Shown here piece by piece: positions 19,817 through 28,680 of a stretch of 64,000 nt of DNA. The translations under genes and the position numbers were made by a program. The stretch covers positions 128,001 through 192,000 of IMG/VR virus record IMGVR_UViG_3300050156_000143; one strand, given 5' to 3'. How positions within the stretch are numbered: position 1 is the first letter of the stretch; each line of letters begins with the position of its first letter. This stretch comes from a virus. Lineage: Duplodnaviria > Caudoviricetes. The notes beneath the pieces are model-generated. The model saw nothing but the letters and a program-made list of their open reading frames with translations. It did not search any database and was not told the origin of the DNA.

Positions 19817-20109
19817 CATTGTGCGCGACAAATTGTTCCCAGTGGTTTCCCAGTGGTTGGATCAATGTTTTTGCCACGGTAGTGGTATCCGAGGTAATCC
19901 GTGAACACACCGTTTACATCATATTTTCCAGCATATCCACCGTATTTTTTGCACTCGGTTGACCGGATCGCTTTGGTCGCAATATCGGTCGCATTGGCCA
20001 CATAAGCATCCCGCAGTTTTTTGGTGTCAAACGCCAAATACCCCCAAGCGTCAGAAAAACCGATACTAGTCGAAGATGCGTAACTATTAATTGCTGCGTA
20101 GAAAGACAT
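19816..20109 (-). CDS. Hypothetical protein
   Basis: ORF ending at the terminator, plausible RBS. Confidence 0.65.
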   Translation of the reverse strand: MSFYAAINSYASSTSIGFSDAWGYLAFDTKKLRDAYVANATDIATKAIRSTECKKYGGYAGKYDVNGVFTDYLGYHYRGKNIDPTTGKPLGTICRAQ

Positions 20110-20212
20110 GGTGGTTTCCGGTTGGAAGCAAGTCGTGGATCAATGTGGTGATTATGGGGCATGTCAATTGGTTTGGCAACGTTTCCTCAAAATGCCCCTA
20201 CACGTTAGTCAA

Positions 20213-20497
20213 TTATTTTTCGTCAAACAACCAACGAGGAACTTTTGCCCACATCGTTGCCCCACGGATGATGCAATCGTCTCGCCAGTTTTGGCGGCAT
20301 GCAGCACCAATTGCGCGAAAATCGTCATCCCATGCTTCTTGGCAACCTTTGTCACGCCGACCAAATGCCGCCACAAAGTTGCCGCCTGGGGTTGGGATTT
20401 TGAGAAACACATCTTCACCCCAGGGAGCACTCTCAATCGGCTCCCACAGCATGGGAGCAAGGTGTTCAACAATGGTTTCGACTTGTTTGGTTTTCAT
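20213..20497 (-). CDS. Hypothetical protein
   Basis: Coupled with the 20497 gene in a minus-strand operon. Confidence 0.65.
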   Translation of the reverse strand: MKTKQVETIVEHLAPMLWEPIESAPWGEDVFLKIPTPGGNFVAAFGRRDKGCQEAWDDDFRAIGAACRQNWRDDCIIRGATMWAKVPRWLFDEK

Positions 20498-20991
20498 TAC
20501 AGTGAGTCCATTAACCGAATCAGTTCAGTTCTGAAGGCGGGTGACGGTTTTTGCTTGCGTTTTGCCAAAGTGACAGCATGTTCAAGCAACGTGGCGTAAC
20601 GCTTGAATTTCCAATCAGTTTCCGACTCGATCTGCGCGTCATCCGAGCACGATGCTGGTTCCATGCTATGCAAAGCGTCAAGCTCTGTTTTTAGCATGAT
20701 GATGCAATCGTGGAGAACGGCTTCGATCAGGGGTTGGGGGTTTAATATCACACCAAATGCTGACCTGTCACTATATCCATACAGCATTGGAACTTCGCCC
20801 CGACAGCACAATACTCCGGGGACGGGCATGTTATCAATATTTCCAATCAACCCCGCCTCCCGTTTCGCACCAACCGCCTCCAGCGTGGATCGGATTTTGG
20901 CCATCTGTGTGTTGCTTGTAATGAGAAACTTCAGTCCAGGATATACCATTGCGGCGCTAGCCGATTCAGTTAACCCGTTGACAACAATCAT
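20497..20991 (-). CDS. Hypothetical protein
   Basis: Minus-strand operon, AAAAGG RBS. Confidence 0.65.
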   Translation of the reverse strand: MIVVNGLTESASAAMVYPGLKFLITSNTQMAKIRSTLEAVGAKREAGLIGNIDNMPVPGVLCCRGEVPMLYGYSDRSAFGVILNPQPLIEAVLHDCIIMLKTELDALHSMEPASCSDDAQIESETDWKFKRYATLLEHAVTLAKRKQKPSPAFRTELIRLMDSL

Positions 20992-21013
20992 AGTAGTTCC
21001 TTTTCAAAGATGT

Positions 21014-21343
21014 TCAGTTGTTGAGTAGACGATATGCGTTAGGACACAACTCTTTTACGTGGCCAGTTATTCCCAACCGGGCACATGCCTCTGTGACCTG
21101 TGCTGCGCCTGCCACCTCCGTTACACGTTTTAGGCGATGGAACACCCGCTGCTGAAAATAATCCGCGTTACTCTCCATCGCCGCACGGGCATGGTCTGTT
21201 TTTGCTAGCACCACTACTGCTTTTGATACCACAAACCACCCAATAGTATGCGCAATGTCAATAATCGCCTCGTCAAGTGGACTCACTGGATGTACTGCGC
21301 GCATTGCGACCAGACTGATACCAAATTCGTATGTAACTTTCAT
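21014..21343 (-). CDS. Hypothetical protein
   Basis: Minus-strand operon. Confidence 0.6.
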   Translation of the reverse strand: MKVTYEFGISLVAMRAVHPVSPLDEAIIDIAHTIGWFVVSKAVVVLAKTDHARAAMESNADYFQQRVFHRLKRVTEVAGAAQVTEACARLGITGHVKELCPNAYRLLNN

Positions 21344-21346
21344 ACC

Positions 21347-21589
21347 TTACGCCTCTCCTGGCGAGATTTCAACCACATCACCATCGGGGTGAGATAAATA
21401 TCCGCCAGCACCAGACTGCCATCGTGGAATCCACCTATATCCCACTGGTTCAAACTTCGATCTGGCGAATTTAACCGCGTCATGTATCGTACATTTTCCA
21501 AGAGTCTCACGAGTGTAAACAAAGTCCCTCCCGTCATACCCAATATGGGTAAAGTGGTGGTCTTCGATCTGAGGTAGTTTGCGGGCCAT
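21347..21589 (-). CDS. Hypothetical protein
   Basis: AGGAG RBS upstream; preferred over the overlapping 21340-21642 frame. Confidence 0.6.
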   Translation of the reverse strand: MARKLPQIEDHHFTHIGYDGRDFVYTRETLGKCTIHDAVKFARSKFEPVGYRWIPRWQSGAGGYLSHPDGDVVEISPGEA

Positions 21590-21681
21590 ATCGACTCCTG
21601 GGAGTTGTTTGCGTCATTGCAGTGAACACAGTGTATCAACATCCCACTCGAATTGTGCTAAAGTCCACGCACGGTAGTCAA

Positions 21682-23056
21682 CTATCGTATCTCACGCCAA
21701 TTCACCACACACCTGACCGAAGACGTTCCGCCCACACCCGACACTAACACTGTGTAAGTACCGAGATCACGGTGCGACCCGGTGGCATCTAGCGTGATTG
21801 GATACCGCATATAAACAGTACGGTCAATGATTCCCTTATTTTGTGCAGACGATGATACAGTCCCTGACTCCACCGTGATTGACGGTAGTCCCGACAGTGT
21901 TCCACCCGTTGAAAATTCGCAAGCAGAATATTCCGCATTAGTGGGAGACCACGTGGCTGAAGTTAGTAACTGCCCAAACACCAAATCATATTCAACTGCA
22001 TTGGTGCCAGTGACTGCGATTTCAACTGATTCTATTTTAACTTGCACTCGGTTGGTTTGTGTTTTGAATGTACTGAGAGGTCGAATACTAAACGCATGTG
22101 TCGGAACACCGTTGCCCACGGTTATCGCAACTTTTGACGAAAATTCATAGCCAACTAAGGTTGCCTGACCGCCCTCACTCATGACTGAACAGCATAACAA
22201 CTTGAACGAATCTGGCGTGGAAATGGCAGAGGTTGTTTCTATCCCAGCTCTAATGGGCAGACTTGCGTTTGCAAAATAGGGCACTGCAATAATATTGGCA
22301 TGATTGAACTCATGGGCACAATGCACCACTCCGCCGATATTGAATCCGATTCTGATGCGACCTGCGTATAGTGCCTGAAAATCGATACACAGTATTTGAC
22401 ATTTTGTGAAATCAATGTTGCATCCACTTGGCCCGGTGCTATCGAAAGCATCAACGTTCCACAACGTTTGTCGCACATACGTGTTTCCAATGGTTGTTGA
22501 AGATAGCACCGCAAATTGGGCCACACCGTCTACCATCAGCAACTCAATGCCGTTTACGCCGTCTGAGTACCCGATATATTTGGTAACCCCGGAAGACGAT
22601 GTTCCCATCACAAAAGATAGGTTTATAGTAGTGGATTTGCCGGGTTGATATCGGTTATATTCATACTGTTGAAACTTGGCATAATTTCCTGAACTGCCAG
22701 CGTTCACTGCCAGGTGTGCGCAATGAGGTAGTGGGTCTTTCTGAACTGACGTCCCTGGAGGAAACGAACCACAGACGCCTAAGTCGTTGATTTATTTATA
22801 GCGCGTTACACTTTTTAACAAAACACCAGTTCAGGCAGACCCACTACCCGCAATGATTCGTGCTATCATGTATCACTGATCCGTTGTTGGCTATCACTTG
22901 AAACAACAGTGGATGCAGATCATACGTGAACTGGGCATCAAACACGTATTCTGGCGCACTGGTACGTAGTCTGCCCGCACTATCAATCAAGCTACTATCA
23001 GACAACGTCATGGATGCCGCGTTGTGAAGCGGTTGATGACCAAATTTAATGTACAT
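21682..23056 (-). pseudogene. Virion structural protein gene (about 414 aa if intact) interrupted by a MITE
   Basis: Removing the 122-bp element plus one 8-bp duplication joins the 70-aa and 341-aa ORFs in frame (..DSTNHC-AHLAVNAGSS..); D..GRLR.S.P and RYQPGKS motifs typical of phage structural proteins; TAAATA-N4-ATG. Confidence 0.75.
22727..22848. mobile_element. 122-bp MITE with IS1-like ends and an 8-bp target duplication
   Basis: TIRs GGTAGTGGGTCT(TT/GC)CTGAACTG; flanking direct repeat CGCAATGA at 22719-22726 and 22849-22856; no transposase inside. Confidence 0.9.
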
Positions 23057-23069
23057 GGGGTATTTAATT

Positions 23070-23507
23070 ATGATGAACCATTTCCAAGGTCTTTATAAAG
23101 AGAGGTTAGCAGCGTGGATCAGCCTGCGAACAACCGCGCAAGGCTTGTCCACGCTAGACACCTGTGTTATGGTGGATGATTGGTGGCAACATGCTCCATT
23201 AGTGACTCACCATTTGCACCCACAAGATGTGAGGAATTGGCCCGACCCGTGGACACTACTTGACGACAATGTGTACTGTACTTTGGCAAGAGCGCTTGGG
23301 ATGGTGTACACTCTATCGATGCTAGGAATCGATTCGTCACTCGTTCAGGCAAGCGATGATCACGGCGAGGATCATTTTTTGGTCATTGTGAACAAACAAT
23401 ATGTTCTAAACTATTGGCCAGGAACAGTAAAGGATAACAAGCTCTCTAATTTTAGACAACGTAAGCGATTTGATTTGACAGACGTTTTAGCCAAATTGGT
23501 TGGTTAA
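23070..23507 (+). CDS. Conserved hypothetical phage protein
   Basis: ERLAAW..W.DPW.LL.DN.YC.LARALG; start placed at 23070 to avoid the divergent gene. Confidence 0.7.
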   Translation: MMNHFQGLYKERLAAWISLRTTAQGLSTLDTCVMVDDWWQHAPLVTHHLHPQDVRNWPDPWTLLDDNVYCTLARALGMVYTLSMLGIDSSLVQASDDHGEDHFLVIVNKQYVLNYWPGTVKDNKLSNFRQRKRFDLTDVLAKLVG

Positions 23508-23560
23508 AATGTAGTAAATAATACCCCAACTATTTTGGGGTTTACTTAGAAAGGTAATTA

Positions 23561-24286
23561 ATGGAAGTTAGTGCAAGCAAGATGATGGCGGATGCCAAGT
23601 TTTATTCTGATTACAGTCGGTTTGACGAAGGTACTCGGAAATATGAATCCTGGGATGAGGCCGTCAGTCGTGTGATGCGAATGCACGAGCAAAAATATGC
23701 CAACAAAATGACTCCAAAATTACAAGAAGTGATTCGAGTGATCGAGAAGGCATATTTGGATAAGCGCATTTTGGGTGCTCAACGTGCTCTCCAGTTTGGT
23801 GGAGAACAGTTGTTGAAAAAGCATGCGAAGATGTATAACTGCGTGTCGTCTTGGGTTGATCGCCCTGAATTCTTTGGTGAATTTATGTGGCTTATGCTGT
23901 GTGGATGCGGTGCTGGGTTTTCTGTGCAACGTCATCATGTGGCCAAACTGCCCAAACTCAGTTCTCGCGCAAAGAGTGTCAAGAAATTTGTGGTGCCGGA
24001 TTCGATCGAAGGTTGGGCACAAGCATTTGATGTGCTGTTTAGCTCGTTTTTCCAAGGCGGGGGCAAACATCCAGAATACGAGGGCCACCCGGTTTGGTTC
24101 GATTTGTCCAAGATTCGGCCCAAGGGTTCTAAGATTTCTGGCGGATTTAAAGCACCTGGCCCCGACCCATTGCATTATGCGTTGACCAAAGTCGAGCTAC
24201 TGTTGACCAACGCTAAACATCAGCTTCGCCCGATTGAAGTTTATGATGCGTGTATGTTTATGGCAGATGCGGTTATTTCTGGTGGT
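23561..24286 (+). CDS. nrdJ: Ribonucleotide reductase, class II (RTPR-like), exon 1
   Basis: QRALQFGG..MYNC, CG.GAGFSVQ, KIRPKG..GPDPL, ends DAVISGG. Confidence 0.85.
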
Positions 24287-25236
24287 AAGTAAGTGACGAT
24301 TGGAGAAAATCTTTAATGAAAGAGTATCTAATCAATGGTGAGCACTACCGTTTAAACGTGTTTGAGAAGATTGAAACAAAAGAACAGGCGTATTTGATTG
24401 GGTACTTGGCAGGTGATGGTGGATATAATCCACCCACCCATAAAAGAAACCCTAGACTGTATGTGAGTTCCATTGACAAACCCTTGATCGAATCAATTAA
24501 GCAGGAATTTTGTCCAGACGGTGTCGTTGGATCGCGTGTGCCAATTAATAACACTGCCGGTTATTCCATCGTGAGCAGTAACTCAGCATTCACGTTGAAT
24601 TTCAGCAGTAAGTTTGAAGAATGTTTCAACAAGTTTGGTATCCTGTCAAAGAAAGTTGATCGAAAGTTGGTCAATATTTCCAAGAAAAATATGAAATACT
24701 ATGTGCTGGGTTTATTTGATGCAGATGGACACATTTCATACGGGCACCGAAAAGATCGCAACCGATTGTGGGCCAATTTTGGGATAACTCATCAATCGTT
24801 CGATATTTTGTCCAAGGTGCAGGAATTTTTGATGAATGAGTTGAATGTGTGTTCAAGCGTGAAGCAGCGAAAAGACGAACACTGTTTGGATTTGAAATTT
24901 TCTAAAATAGAATCGGTTGCTAAAGTGTTGAACTGGATGTACGAAGATAAGCCAAAATTCTACAGCCAGGTGAAATACAACCGTTATGAGAAATTTTTAG
25001 AGTTAATTTGAGATAAACGTGGCACTCCAACCTTATGCCACCTAAACGGGTTAAAACTGGAAAGCTAAGTCAAACGATACGCTAATCAGTTACCACTCTT
25101 GGGAAGCCAGCTTTAGTACCAAGAAGGTTCAGAGACTAGACAGTGAGAAGGCAATCAATAATCTGTCCTAAGAAATCCGTGGCTCTTGTAGCTAAGAGAT
25201 AGTCCGATCCTACAGGAAACTGTAGACAAATTTAAG
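24287..25236 (+). mobile_element. Group I intron 1 in nrdJ
   Basis: Exon ends in U (GGT|AAG), intron ends in G (TTTAAG|GTAAGA); splicing restores ISGG-VRRSATICLFS; core elements TCAGAGACTA and AGATAGTCC; P9 hairpin ctacaggaaactgtag. Confidence 0.9.
24316..25011 (+). CDS. Intron-encoded double-motif LAGLIDADG homing endonuclease
   Basis: YLIGYLAGDGG and YVLGLFDADGH. Confidence 0.9.
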   Translation: MKEYLINGEHYRLNVFEKIETKEQAYLIGYLAGDGGYNPPTHKRNPRLYVSSIDKPLIESIKQEFCPDGVVGSRVPINNTAGYSIVSSNSAFTLNFSSKFEECFNKFGILSKKVDRKLVNISKKNMKYYVLGLFDADGHISYGHRKDRNRLWANFGITHQSFDILSKVQEFLMNELNVCSSVKQRKDEHCLDLKFSKIESVAKVLNWMYEDKPKFYSQVKYNRYEKFLELI

Positions 25237-25471
25237 GTAAGACGGAGTGCTACCATTTGTCTTTTCAGTAAAGACGATGAGGAGATGATTAAGGCAAAAA
25301 CTGGGAATTGGTTCACTGACAATCCCCAGCGCGGTAGAAGCAATAATTCAGTGATGTTGAAACGCGATGAAGTCACGTTTGATGAGTTTCAACAGATTAT
25401 GAAGTCAGTAGAACATAGTGGGGAACCAGGTTTCATTTTTACTGACAATTTAGAGTTTACGTTTAATCCGT
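25237..25471 (+). CDS. nrdJ: Ribonucleotide reductase exon 2
   Basis: VRRSATICLF..AKTGNWF..NPQRGRSNNS..GEPGF..NP plus the first base of the Cys codon. Confidence 0.85.
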
Positions 25472-26312
25472 TAAACTGACTAGCGGCATGGAAAAGTAAT
25501 TTTCTATGAAAATCAATCGAAAAACGGTGGAACCCCATTTTGGGCAATACCGTGCTAACCTGTTATGGGGAGTGTAACGACTATGGACAATAAGCAACTG
25601 ACCAAACTAATCTCATACTTTGTGATGGGCGATGGTGGGTTATATGTACGCAAAGACTGTGAAAACGCATACTTCGCTATGAATATGCTGACACAAAACG
25701 ATGATTACATTGATTGGGTGGATGAGGTACTGCGTGAGTTTGTGGGGACAAACCGATACGAGCGAAAAGACTACAACAAAGACGGGTGCGTTCGCAAGCC
25801 ACAAATCAGGCTTCAATCTAAAACTCATCCCAAATTGACAACCATCCGAGACAGAGTGTATACAGATCAATATAAAGGAATTGATCCACACGCTCTCAAA
25901 CTATTGGACTGGGAAGCCGCCGCCATACTTTATATGTGTGATGGCAGCTTAGTGGAAATTATCCCGAATGACAAAAACGGGCTAGTTAACAATAGTTGGA
26001 ATCTGACTCTGAACATGAAACGTCTTTCTTACGGTGATCAAATGCTGTTAAAAAAGGCGTTCAAGGATAAGTTAGATGTTGAGTTCAATGTAAACCGACA
26101 AGGGAAATATTACTATCTGAGACTTCGCAACAAGGATGTTCAGAAGTTTTGTGGAGGAGTTAAGCCGTACATGAAAAACAGTTTCTTTTACAAAGTCCGC
26201 GTGATTGACCCCTTGAAAGAGGGTGGTGATATAGTCTGTTCTACACAGGAATGTGTAGAGGTTAGCAGAAATGACTAACCCGCGTGCTGCGATGCACGTA
26301 GTAACAACAAAG
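25472..26312 (+). mobile_element. Group I intron 2 in nrdJ, inserted within the catalytic Cys codon
   Basis: AATCCGT|TAAAC...AACAAAG|GTGTTGAA restores NPCVEI; core elements GTAACGACTA and GATATAGTCT; hairpin ctacacaggaatgtgtag. Confidence 0.9.
25565..26278 (+). CDS. Intron-encoded LAGLIDADG homing endonuclease (LAGLIDADG_2-like; start may be 25583)
   Basis: ISYFVMGDGGL and AILYMCDGSL; ORF begins right after the P7 element. Confidence 0.85.
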   Translation: MGSVTTMDNKQLTKLISYFVMGDGGLYVRKDCENAYFAMNMLTQNDDYIDWVDEVLREFVGTNRYERKDYNKDGCVRKPQIRLQSKTHPKLTTIRDRVYTDQYKGIDPHALKLLDWEAAAILYMCDGSLVEIIPNDKNGLVNNSWNLTLNMKRLSYGDQMLLKKAFKDKLDVEFNVNRQGKYYYLRLRNKDVQKFCGGVKPYMKNSFFYKVRVIDPLKEGGDIVCSTQECVEVSRND

Positions 26313-27544
26313 GTGTTGAAATTTGTAAGTACCCATCGATTGATGGGCGATCTGGGTGGCAAGCGTGTAATCTCAGTGAGATCAACGGTGGGAAATGTAA
26401 CACCCCAGAGGATTTTTACCAGGCTTGCTTTGCCGCTGCGGCGATCGGTACTTTGCAAGCTGGGTACACGGATTTTGGATTTTTGGGACAAGCATCAAAG
26501 GAGATTATCGAACGTGAGGCGTTGATTGGGGTGTCGATCACAGGTTGGATGAATAATCCGACCGTATTGTTTGACCCGGACGTGATGAAAAAGGGCGCAG
26601 AGATCGTGAAGTCAACAAATAAAATGGTGGCCGAATTGATTGATATTAACCAAGCTGCTAGAACAACGTGCGCAAAACCTGCTGGAAATGCTTCAGTCAT
26701 TTTGCAAACCGCGTCTGGTATTCATGGTGAACATGCCCCACGGTATATTCGTCACGTACAGATGAACAAGGAATCGGAGGTTCTGCAATCGTTGCAATCA
26801 GCATTCCCGGACATGGTGGAAAGCTCGGTGTGGTCAACTAATGGGACGGATGCGGTTATTGCGTTCCCCATCATTTCCAAGCCGGGATCGATTTATAAGT
26901 CGGATTTGTTGGGTGTTAAACAACTAGAGTATGTGAAACTTGCTCAACAAGTTTGGGTGGAACATGGCACCAATGTGGAGCTTTGTACTCATCCAAAAAT
27001 GCGGCATAACATTTCTAACACCATCAGCGTAGATAATTGGGAGGAAGTTACCAAATATCTGTACGAAAACCGGGAATGGTTCTGTGGTGTGAGCTTGATG
27101 GCGGCAATGGGCGATAAGGCATTTTCTCAAGCACCATTTACTGAGGTTTTTACCGCTGAGGAAATTGTGTTGAAATACGGTGCTGCTAGTATGTTTGCAT
27201 CTGGTCTTATCACCCGTGGGTTGGATGCGTTTGGCGATTTGTGGGCTGCAACTTCGTGTGCTAGTGGATATGGTGAAAATTTGTCGGTAGAATCCCATGA
27301 AAATGCAAACAAGCGTGATTGGGTACGGCAGTTCAACAAATTTGCTAGCAACCATTTCGATGGTGATACGACGATGACCGCAAATTGCTTGAAGGATGTG
27401 TATAATCTACACAAATGGAGTAAGATCACCTCCAAGTTGGGCGATGTCGATATGCGAGATTATCTCAAGGATAAGCAGTATGTTGATGTTGGTACACTCT
27501 CTGGCGCTGCATGCGCTGGTGGTGCGTGTGAAATCACTTTCTAA
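26313..27544 (+). CDS. nrdJ: Ribonucleotide reductase exon 3 (spliced product about 730 aa)
   Basis: CNLSEIN, TTCAKPAGNAS, ASGIH, HNISNT, C-terminal AACAGGACE Cys pair. Confidence 0.88.
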
Positions 27545-27555
27545 AAACTGACTCA

Positions 27556-27575
27556 AAACGGGCTTCGGCCCGTTT
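27556..27575 (+). terminator. Hairpin terminator (UUCG loop)
   Basis: aaacgggc-ttcg-gcccgttt. Confidence 0.7.
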
Positions 27576-27597
27576 CTTTACAATAAAGGAAAATTAA

Positions 27598-27891
27598 ATG
27601 TTAAATGTATCTCCCGTGTTAGATCGAATTATTATCAAACGGTCTGAAATTACCAAAGTCAGTTCTGCTGGAATTGTCTTGGCACACAAACAGGACGAAA
27701 AAGCCGATCAAGGCGTTGTGGTGGCAGTTGGCCCAGGAAAACGCAATGAGAATGGCGATCAAATTGCCCTCACGGTGGAAGTTGGTGATCGGGTGCTGTT
27801 TGGAAAACACAGTGGGCAAACCGTGAAGATTCAAGGGGAAGAATATCTGGTGATGAAAGAAGATGAGTTGTATGGGATTGTGATCGAATGA
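27598..27891 (+). CDS. groES: Co-chaperonin GroES (Cpn10)
   Basis: PVLDRIIIK, GIVL, VVAVGPG, VEVGDRVLFGKHSG, EYLVMKEDEL. Confidence 0.95.
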   Translation: MLNVSPVLDRIIIKRSEITKVSSAGIVLAHKQDEKADQGVVVAVGPGKRNENGDQIALTVEVGDRVLFGKHSGQTVKIQGEEYLVMKEDELYGIVIE

Positions 27892-28109
27892 AGGCAATTA
27901 TTTGGTCTACTAACACATGCACATACTGTGAGGCCGCTCGAACGTATCTTGAGGCCAGAAACGTAGAAATCGAGATGCGAAAATTGGGAGATGGTTGGGC
28001 TATGGCTCAATTGCATGATGAAGTGCCCGGTGCTCGCACTGTTCCACAAATTTTCATTGATGGGCAATACATCGGCGGGTATGACGCAGTAAAGGAATTT
28101 TTGCCATGA
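27888..28109 (+). CDS. Glutaredoxin
   Basis: CTYC, RTVPQIFIDG.YIGG. Confidence 0.92.
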   Translation: MKAIIWSTNTCTYCEAARTYLEARNVEIEMRKLGDGWAMAQLHDEVPGARTVPQIFIDGQYIGGYDAVKEFLP

Positions 28110-28399
28110 ATGTGTTTAAAATTGGCGAACTGTATTCTTTCAAACTGGCCAACGGTCAGGAAGTTATTGCCAAAGTTGTGCATCATGACGCGCCATATTT
28201 GACGGTAAAACAGCCCGTTACGTTAGTGCATAGTTCTCAGGGCATTACTGCGGTGCCACCGTTGGAATCCGGTGAAGATTTGCAGTACATAAATATGACA
28301 TCGGTATCAATGTTCGCCCCTTCTATCCAAGAAGCACAAGAGCTTTACACTAGGATTGTTGGTGGGATCATTGTTCCAAGTAAGCGAATACTAACCTAA
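28106..28399 (+). CDS. Sm-like conserved phage protein
   Basis: FKLANGQEVIAKV..beta-rich; terminal GGIIVP. Confidence 0.55.
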   Translation: MNVFKIGELYSFKLANGQEVIAKVVHHDAPYLTVKQPVTLVHSSQGITAVPPLESGEDLQYINMTSVSMFAPSIQEAQELYTRIVGGIIVPSKRILT

Positions 28400-28407
28400 A
28401 ACATCAG

Positions 28408-28680
28408 ATGGCCTCAATCAGCAGAATTACAGACAAAAATGCCACGGGTGGGGCCATCTTGAAAGGTGCTCCCACGGTGTTGGTCAATGGTTTGCCAGTG
28501 GGCATCCACCCTAGTCAGATAACTCCACACTCGCCTTGGGGTGAAGCTCACAATTCGGCAGTTACTACATCGGGCAGTCCAACCGTTTTTGCTGAGGGTT
28601 TCCCAGTGTTGAAAATCGGGTCGGGAAACTCATGCGGACATACTATTGTGTCCGGTAGTCCCAATGTGGAGGTGCCATGA
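28408..28680 (+). CDS. PAAR-family spike tip protein (gp5.4-like)
   Basis: GAPTVLVNGLP, GSPTVFAEG.P, CGH..SGSPNV. Confidence 0.85.
   Translation: MASISRITDKNATGGAILKGAPTVLVNGLPVGIHPSQITPHSPWGEAHNSAVTTSGSPTVFAEGFPVLKIGSGNSCGHTIVSGSPNVEVP

Noticed and set aside
20091-21028. Plus-strand ORFs 20091-20534, 20108-20599 and 20603-21028
   Set aside because: Antisense to a compact minus-strand operon with RBSs and coupled stops and starts.
21340-21642. 100-aa minus ORF
   Set aside because: The overlapping frame 21347-21589 has the AGGAG RBS and a more protein-like sequence.
26271-26525. 84-aa ORF, and the 26453 start for the RNR C-terminal part
   Set aside because: Out of frame across the intron 3' end. 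The real exon starts at 26313 inside the NPC codon.
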